Assembly (NCBI GenBank): GCA_051866635.1
Contig: JBJDXJ010000046.1
Span: 16,168 to 80,167, forward strand
Length of the DNA stretch: 64,000 nt
Source: Clostridia bacterium
GTDB taxonomy: Bacteria; Bacillota; Clostridia; UMGS1883
Reading direction: 5' to 3'
Below, piece after piece: positions 57,594 through 64,000 of the stretch. Made by a program: the position numbers and the translations under genes. How positions within the stretch are numbered: position 1 is the stretch's first letter; every line of letters starts with the position of its first letter. The notes below the pieces were generated by a model. The model did no database searches and was not told the origin of the DNA. It saw only the letters and a list, made by a program, of their open reading frames with translations.

Positions 57594-58661
57594 ATGGAAC
57601 TGAAAATTACAAAAACAACTGCACCTAAAGCAAAACCCGTTGATGAATCAAATCTTCCTTTTGGCAAGACCTTCACCGACCATATGTTAATTATCGATTA
57701 TACAGACGGCATCGGCTGGCATGACGGACGAATTGTACCCTACGGTCCCATTGAAATGGACCCTGCAACAACAACACTTCATTACGGTCAGGCTGTATTT
57801 GAAGGTTTAAAGGCTTACAACTGCCCCGACGGTAAAATCAGAATGTTCCGTCCCGACAGAAACATGGCTCGTCTTAATGTTTCAAACGACCGTCTTTGTA
57901 TTCCTCAGATTGATGAAGAAGAATTCACAAAGGCTATTATCGAGCTTGTAAATGTTGAACGTGACTGGGTTCCCTCTGCTCCTAACACTTCTCTTTACAT
58001 CCGTCCCTTCATTTTTGCAACAGATGTATTTTTAGGTGTTCATCCTTCTCATACATATAAGTTCATGGTTATCCTTTCTCCCGTAGGTCCTTATTATGCA
58101 GAAGGTTTAAACCCTGTAAAGATTTACGTAGAGGATGAATATGTCCGTGCCGTTCGTGGCGGTATGGGCTTTGCAAAGGCTGCCGGCAACTATGCAGTAA
58201 GCTTAAAGGGTCAGGTAGTGGCAGACGAGAAGGGTTATTCACAGGTTCTTTGGCTTGACGGTATCGAAAGAAAGTACATCGAAGAAGTTGGCGCAATGAA
58301 TATATTCTTTAAAATAAACGGTGAAGTTTTAACACCTGCTTTAAACGGCAGTATTCTTCCCGGTATTACACGTGACAGCGTTATAAATGTACTTAAGTCT
58401 AAAAATATTCCCGTAAGCGAAAGACGAATTTCCATTGATGAAATTATTGAAGCATACGATAAAGGTACATTGGAGGAAGTATTCGGCACAGGTACAGCCG
58501 CTGTTATCTCACCTGTAGGTGAGCTTTGCCACAAGGGCAAGAAAATGGTAATCAACAACGGTGCAATCGGTGAAATTTCTCAGATGCTTTATGACACAAT
58601 CACAGGAATTCAGTCAGGTGTTATCGAAGATACATTCGGCTGGACAACAGTAGTTGAGTAA
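57594..58661 (+). CDS. ilvE: Branched-chain amino acid aminotransferase (fold type IV)
   Basis: [14 protein letters not shown]... plus class IV PLP aminotransferase motifs. The RBS is AAGGAG. Confidence 0.85.
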   Translation: MELKITKTTAPKAKPVDESNLPFGKTFTDHMLIIDYTDGIGWHDGRIVPYGPIEMDPATTTLHYGQAVFEGLKAYNCPDGKIRMFRPDRNMARLNVSNDRLCIPQIDEEEFTKAIIELVNVERDWVPSAPNTSLYIRPFIFATDVFLGVHPSHTYKFMVILSPVGPYYAEGLNPVKIYVEDEYVRAVRGGMGFAKAAGNYAVSLKGQVVADEKGYSQVLWLDGIERKYIEEVGAMNIFFKINGEVLTPALNGSILPGITRDSVINVLKSKNIPVSERRISIDEIIEAYDKGTLEEVFGTGTAAVISPVGELCHKGKKMVINNGAIGEISQMLYDTITGIQSGVIEDTFGWTTVVE

Positions 58662-58715
58662 TATAATCAACAATTATTCTCAATTGTTCAATATTCATTT
58701 GTCTATTTTACAGTA

Positions 58716-58748
58716 GGCGGTGCAGTTTATGTCTGCACCGCCTTTTTT
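58716..58748 (+). terminator. Rho-independent terminator of ilvE
   Basis: GGCGGTGCAG-tttatgt-CTGCACCGCC-T6. Confidence 0.8.
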
Positions 58749-58844
58749 GACAGAAATTTAACAATTTTAAATGCTGTTTTCTATGGACATTTGTACAATT
58801 TGCTGATATAATTATCTTAGATTAATATGTTTAGGAAGATGGTT

Positions 58845-61685
58845 ATGAATTTCAATAAAAAAGCTTTGGCGTTTTTTATATTTTTTATATACAGCTTTTC
58901 ATTTCTTCCCGTAATTTCCTTTGGTGAAGATAATGATAATCTTATTAATTCAGGTGATTTTGAAAGTGATGGTTATGCCGATTACTGGTCGGGTGGTGTA
59001 CGGGATAGCATGTGTGCCTATGAAGGTGAATACGGCATGCAGATTGTAAATCCTTTCGGTGACATTAACTCACCTGTTTTTGGTCATTTTTTGGAATATA
59101 ACGGCACAATCACACTTGAAAAGGATAAATTCTACACCTTTTCGGCATATGTGATGAACCCCATGGCATCTAATGATTACACGCCTTCAGTTACCGCCTA
59201 CTTAGGCAGAGGTGACCGTGCACTTTTTATCGACATCGGCAATGTGGGCGAAAACTGGGTTTATGTTACGGCATCATTTATGGCAACGGAGGATACTGAC
59301 TGTACTCCCATCATTTCCATTTCGGGCGGTGACGCTGACATAGGGTTTTTCATCGACTGCATTTCAATTACACCTGAAACACGTGTTCCCAAATACACTG
59401 TAATCGAAGGGCCTGACAGTTTGTATATCCCCGACAATGACTTTGTTGATTACCGTTACAGCATTGTAACATATGACAATACAGATACTCCCATAAATAT
59501 ATTGTTAAGCGATTATAATTTCGGAGTTGATATTCTCCCGGAGGGTGTTGAATTTAACAGTGAGGACGGAACTGTAAGGGTTCATTCCTCTGCTTTGCCC
59601 GAGGCAGTATTTACCCTTTCCTTTTCTGCCACGGCAGGTATAACACTTGAGAATTCCGAAAAGAAAATCACCGTTACAAAAAATCTTCTTTCCGATTCGG
59701 ACTTTGAAAATGGCGAGGAAAACTGGATAAGCAGTGATTCTATCAATTATACAGACGGCTCAATTTCCCTTTATGCCTCAAATGACGGCGATTACGGCAA
59801 ATATACCGATATAACATATACAGAGCAATTATTTTTGATGGAAGGAAAAATGTACGTATTCAAAGCAGATGTACGAAGCGATGATGAGTATCCACCCTCT
59901 TCTGTATATATTTCCAATTTGTCCTTCGCATCTTCAGGCTATGCTGAAATTAATATAACGGGCATCGGCGGCGGATGGAGCAGGGTTACAAGTGCATTTT
60001 ACATTGAAGATACAGGTCTTTATGACCTTACAATTAATCTTTATGCTCCCACAGAACGGCCTATATATGTTGACAACGTATACTTAGGTGCGGAAGAAGA
60101 AGCACCCACTTCCATTGCAATTCACGCACCGGGAAATATTGCCGTTCCCACAGAAGCAATCAACCTTCCCTGTTATGCATCTGTTTTAGACCAGATGGGC
60201 AACACAATGGAAGACTATGACGCAACTCTTACCATTTATCCCGAAAGAGATGGCGTTTACCTCTCTGACGGCGAAATCGTTGTTGAAAGCGGTGCCAAAT
60301 GTGACATATACACCGTTAAGGCAACCTTCGGCAATATTGAATCCACCCTTGAAATTTCAGTAAGCAATGACTTTATCGGTGACGGCAGCTTTGAAGTGAA
60401 GCAGGCGAACGAATGGTGGACAGCATCTGACGGGTCTTTCTTTTCAATTATTGACTACAACGGCGAAAAAGCAGGTCATGTTTACTCCCCTGATTCCTCC
60501 TGTCTTGTTGTGAATAACTCCTATATGGAGCTAATAGAAGATGAATATTATGTTTATAACGCATCGGCAGGCGTTGGTGAAGGTATTGTAACGGCATTTA
60601 TTGCAGATGCAGTTACAGGAGAATATGTACCATTTGCACAGTATGACCCCACAGAGGAAACAATAATTCCCTTCACGGTTGACGAAACGGTTATGGGACG
60701 GCTTGTTCTATATATCGAATCTGACACAACCGTAGGTTTAATTTTTGATAATATTTCCATAGTCCCCGCAGAGCTTTCCGCAACGGAAATTTCTGTTACA
60801 GGCGGTGAATACGGTGAATTTCTCCGTGGCTCCTACAATTATGTAAACAATATGTCAAATGAAGCTGATTCTGATATAAGCACCACACGCTGGTATATTT
60901 CATCCTCCTATGATGGTCATTATGAACCTATAGGTATTCCCAATCAAAACTATCTGGAATTTACCGAGGATATGGCAGGTCAGTATGTTGTTTTTGAAGT
61001 GACACCAATCTGTGCATACACCGGTCTTGTAGGTGAAAGCCTCCGTTCCCTTCCTGTGCATCTGGGAACAAAGGACCCTGACAATAATGTTTCAGATACA
61101 ACCCTTTCCGACATGACACCTATCGAGCTTGAAAACTCCACCGTTCACAGCTTTACAGACATTACATCACACTGGGCTGAAAACATGATTTCATCACTTT
61201 GTGCTTCAGGTATAGTTTCAGGTAAAACAAAAACAAAGTTCTATCCCGAGCATTACGTTACAAGGGCGGAATTTACTGCTATGGTTGTCCGTGCCTTCAA
61301 TCTTGTATCCATCCCTTATTCAGGTAGGTTTGAAGATGTGGACGAAAGCCATTGGTCCGCAGGTTATATTGAAGCGGCATACAGACGAGGCATTGTAAAG
61401 GGTGTTTCCGAAACCCTCTTTGCACCTGAAGAATATATCACACGTGAGGAAATGGCAACAATTATATACCGTGCATATCTTCTTGCAGAAGGTCCCATGC
61501 CCTATGATTTAGATTTAAGGTATGACGATGCATACATGATACAATCATGGAGCTATGATGCAGTAAAAACAACTACAAACCTTAACATTTTCAAAGGCAA
61601 GGACATGAACCTTTTTAAACCCGGGGATAACGCAACACGTGCCGAAGCGGCATCGGCGGTTTATCGCACATTAAAGTGTTTCTAA
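58845..61685 (+). CDS. Large SLH-anchored surface protein with three or four N-terminal CBM-like beta-sandwich repeats
   Basis: It has a signal peptide. Repeats begin at GDFESDGYADYWSG, SDSDFENGEENWISSD and IGDGSFEVKQANEWWTASD, in the style of CBM_4_9. Three C-terminal SLH repeats end with ...TRAEAASAVYRTL. The start could be 58827, 58839 or 58845. The RBS AGGAAG favours 58845. Confidence 0.7.
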   Translation: MNFNKKALAFFIFFIYSFSFLPVISFGEDNDNLINSGDFESDGYADYWSGGVRDSMCAYEGEYGMQIVNPFGDINSPVFGHFLEYNGTITLEKDKFYTFSAYVMNPMASNDYTPSVTAYLGRGDRALFIDIGNVGENWVYVTASFMATEDTDCTPIISISGGDADIGFFIDCISITPETRVPKYTVIEGPDSLYIPDNDFVDYRYSIVTYDNTDTPINILLSDYNFGVDILPEGVEFNSEDGTVRVHSSALPEAVFTLSFSATAGITLENSEKKITVTKNLLSDSDFENGEENWISSDSINYTDGSISLYASNDGDYGKYTDITYTEQLFLMEGKMYVFKADVRSDDEYPPSSVYISNLSFASSGYAEINITGIGGGWSRVTSAFYIEDTGLYDLTINLYAPTERPIYVDNVYLGAEEEAPTSIAIHAPGNIAVPTEAINLPCYASVLDQMGNTMEDYDATLTIYPERDGVYLSDGEIVVESGAKCDIYTVKATFGNIESTLEISVSNDFIGDGSFEVKQANEWWTASDGSFFSIIDYNGEKAGHVYSPDSSCLVVNNSYMELIEDEYYVYNASAGVGEGIVTAFIADAVTGEYVPFAQYDPTEETIIPFTVDETVMGRLVLYIESDTTVGLIFDNISIVPAELSATEISVTGGEYGEFLRGSYNYVNNMSNEADSDISTTRWYISSSYDGHYEPIGIPNQNYLEFTEDMAGQYVVFEVTPICAYTGLVGESLRSLPVHLGTKDPDNNVSDTTLSDMTPIELENSTVHSFTDITSHWAENMISSLCASGIVSGKTKTKFYPEHYVTRAEFTAMVVRAFNLVSIPYSGRFEDVDESHWSAGYIEAAYRRGIVKGVSETLFAPEEYITREEMATIIYRAYLLAEGPMPYDLDLRYDDAYMIQSWSYDAVKTTTNLNIFKGKDMNLFKPGDNATRAEAASAVYRTLKCF

Positions 61686-61722
61686 TTTTTAGAAAATATA
61701 TAAAAATGAAAGGATGAGTGAA

Positions 61723-64000
61723 ATGAAGAAATTTATTTCAATTGCACTTTGCTTGATGTTAACTCTTGCAAGTGTGTCCGCTTTAGCGGAAAACATTATG
61801 GTAACAGTTACTTTAGACGGTAACACCGTTACAGAAAATGCCTATCTTAAAGGCTGGACTACCTACGCCGCGTTAAATGAACTTGAAGAAAGTGACGAGG
61901 CAACAGAAACTGCAGTACGTAAGTATTACGAGGATAAGGGTCTTACAGTTGACTGGGACCAGGAAAACTACACTGTTTTAGTTTCCACACCCGTAGCCCA
62001 AGAAACTCTTTTTAACAAATACTACCGTATTGTCAACAAGGCTACAGGCAATGTTATTGTTGCAGAAGATTACAGCAGTGAAGTTCTTGCAAAAATCGTA
62101 ACAGAACCTAAGGATGAAGGAAACCGCAACCAGATTTACCGTTTTGCATATATTGACGGCGAATACGGCTACTTTGTAAATATGCTTTCTGCATGTTCTC
62201 TTGACGTTCCCGATGCTAAAACAGACGAAGGTGTACAGCTTATTCAGTACACATACTATTCCAATAAACAGCAGAAGATGCTTCTCACGGAAACTGAGGA
62301 CGGTTACTACACCATCTCCCCCATGCACTGTGACCTTGTATTGACCGAAAAGGACGGAATGGTTGTACAAACAAGTGATATTGACTCTGATGCATCTAAG
62401 TGGACTTTGGAATATGTATCAGGTTCTCTTGTAAGCCAGATAAAGGACACAGAGGGCTATAAAATCCTTGACGAAAGACTCCGGCGTGCCGCTGACGAAT
62501 ATTTTACAGATAAAATCTGGATTACAAAGCAGGCAATGTCCAACGCTGAAAATAAATTTGCCGCGGCAGATTTTCTTAATCTTTCAGCCGAAGAACAGGC
62601 AGATATTATTAAGGATTGCCTGAACTACACATCATCCTATCAGGTAGGCGGCACACTCCAGTCCGACTATGTTGCAAAGTATAAAATTATTTCCAAAACA
62701 TACGACGAAGCATTTGATATTTGGCGTGGTCACAAGTGCCCCTGCTGGATTTATGAAGTTGAAATTGAAGGCGATGTAGAAGGTCAGGTACATAAGCTTA
62801 GATTTGTTTCCAACGAAGAAGATGTTCCCATGGTTGAGAGGTCAATAGAAGCTATCGCAAGAACACCTTACGCTATCCGCCAGTACGTTCATAACCTTTA
62901 CTGGAAGGCAGGCGATGGTGCCAACAGCTTTAACGGTGGTGGCGACTCTATCTGGATTCGTCTTAATTATGAGCCTCAAACAAGCCAGCAGATTACAAGC
63001 ACGCTCTGCCATGAATTAGGTCATATCCTTGACTCCAACGTACTCCCCAACAACGATGTATGGAGCTACGCAGAAAGTATAGATGCTATTCCCATTTCAG
63101 GCTATGGTGCTTCTAACCAGGCAGAAGACCTTGCAGAATTTAACAAGCTCTACTTTATGAGCCGTGATACAGAGGCATTTGAACACTTGGAAGAAATTTA
63201 CCCCAACCGTTTTGCAGTATTGTCAGAAATGCTCTACCGTGCCGACAAGGACTATTTCGCTGAAAACGAAAAGTATGTTGGTACAATAGAAAAGATTGAA
63301 AACATTATTGCCAACAAAACAGAAGGCAGTATTGCTTCTGAAATCGACGATTCTATGTATTATGTTGTTAAGGATGTTGAAACAGGAAAAGTATGGACCG
63401 TTACAGATGCATCGCTGGACAACGAAGTTCCCGTTATTTTGAAAGACTATGAAGAAGGTAACGCAAGCCAGCTTTTTGCAATTGAAAAGTACACAGATAC
63501 AATCCGTTTCTTTGCTAAACATTCCGCATCTTCCCTTCAGCTTGACGATTCAGGTCTTCCCACAAAAACTGTTAACCAGTACGGCGGTACATGGGCAATT
63601 GACGAACGCTTTGCAGTATATGAAAAAGACGGCGGCTACACCTTTGAAAGTGAAAGATATTCTCTTTCAATAGCTAAAAAGGGTGACAATGTTGTTTCAG
63701 GTATTGAAAATATGGGTGCTGTATGGGTTCTTGAACCTGTTGAAAAGAACACAAGTAACCTTGACTACATAATTAAGGTTAACGGCGCAGATATGTTCCT
63801 TAACGCAGTTGACGGCGAAAAGTATATGACAGTAACAGCTTCTAAAGAAGGTGCAAGTTGGAAGATTAAGGATATGGGCAACGATGTATATACTCTTATA
63901 TATTCCGCTACAGGCAACCTTATCGACATATTAGACCTTTCCACAGAGGAAGGCAAGGCGGCAATTCTTTGGAGTGCAACAGGTGCCGACAATCAGATGT
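61723..64000 (+). CDS. Secreted anthrax-lethal-factor-like (M34 family) zinc metallopeptidase flanked by ricin-type beta-trefoil lectin domains; partial, continues past the window
   Basis: A signal peptide is present. The N-terminal lectin domain carries QxW-like motifs (QQKMLL, SKWTLEYV). The core shows HELGH followed about 45 residues later by NQAEDLAEF, matching the lethal-factor HEFGH...NEAEFFAEAF zinc-site arrangement. A second beta-trefoil-like region follows. There is no stop before nt 64000. Confidence 0.55.
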   Translation, partial: MKKFISIALCLMLTLASVSALAENIMVTVTLDGNTVTENAYLKGWTTYAALNELEESDEATETAVRKYYEDKGLTVDWDQENYTVLVSTPVAQETLFNKYYRIVNKATGNVIVAEDYSSEVLAKIVTEPKDEGNRNQIYRFAYIDGEYGYFVNMLSACSLDVPDAKTDEGVQLIQYTYYSNKQQKMLLTETEDGYYTISPMHCDLVLTEKDGMVVQTSDIDSDASKWTLEYVSGSLVSQIKDTEGYKILDERLRRAADEYFTDKIWITKQAMSNAENKFAAADFLNLSAEEQADIIKDCLNYTSSYQVGGTLQSDYVAKYKIISKTYDEAFDIWRGHKCPCWIYEVEIEGDVEGQVHKLRFVSNEEDVPMVERSIEAIARTPYAIRQYVHNLYWKAGDGANSFNGGGDSIWIRLNYEPQTSQQITSTLCHELGHILDSNVLPNNDVWSYAESIDAIPISGYGASNQAEDLAEFNKLYFMSRDTEAFEHLEEIYPNRFAVLSEMLYRADKDYFAENEKYVGTIEKIENIIANKTEGSIASEIDDSMYYVVKDVETGKVWTVTDASLDNEVPVILKDYEEGNASQLFAIEKYTDTIRFFAKHSASSLQLDDSGLPTKTVNQYGGTWAIDERFAVYEKDGGYTFESERYSLSIAKKGDNVVSGIENMGAVWVLEPVEKNTSNLDYIIKVNGADMFLNAVDGEKYMTVTASKEGASWKIKDMGNDVYTLIYSATGNLIDILDLSTEEGKAAILWSATGADNQM

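Noticed and set aside
1-64000. Search for mobile-element genes, CRISPR arrays, rRNA or prophage blocks
   Set aside because: No transposase, integrase or recombinase ORFs were seen. No repeat-spacer array and no rRNA-like sequence were recognised. The only mobile-like signals are the small repeat-bounded elements reported as findings.

Overview
This 64 kb window looks like a gene-dense chromosomal segment of a low-GC, S-layer-bearing Firmicute. That placement is an inference from SLH-domain proteins, the single-chain PurL, a glycine riboswitch, NrdR boxes, and the secA-prfB and smc-ftsY gene order; the organism is most likely a Clostridia-class anaerobe. Most genes are housekeeping:
- ftsK, a ygiQ radical-SAM gene, and a folD / SLH-protein / purL / serC / serA one-carbon, serine and purine cluster.
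- A tandem glycine riboswitch ahead of an AGCS symporter.
- A tRNA-Asn / tRNA(CAU) pair.
- A DUF1385 gene with prmC, fprA with a small redox protein, and prfB-secA, pepP, tsaD-rimI.
- tsaC, nrdD-nrdG-dut, and the smc-ftsY-UPF0182 operon.
- A GH36 alpha-galactosidase and ilvE.

The accessory or unusual content is:
- A MazEF toxin-antitoxin module plus about 730 bp of structured non-coding DNA, wedged between a YwlE-like phosphatase gene and tsaC.
- A roughly 270 bp multi-hairpin element, bracketed by two copies of a 19-nt hairpin repeat, inserted between nrdD and nrdG.
- A GtrB/GtrA/GT-C surface-glycosylation module sitting next to a promoter-driven ATPase gene fragment.
- A desulforedoxin-BFD fusion protein beside the flavodiiron gene.
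- An ABC exporter with an in-frame upstream zinc-ribbon domain.
- A tRNA 3'-end repeat that may be the remnant of an integration site.
- Three SLH-anchored surface proteins, plus a partial gene for a secreted anthrax-lethal-factor-like M34 metallopeptidase with ricin-type lectin domains.

No CRISPR array, rRNA, transposase or prophage genes were seen. All calls rest on reading motifs and translations by eye; no database searches were run.
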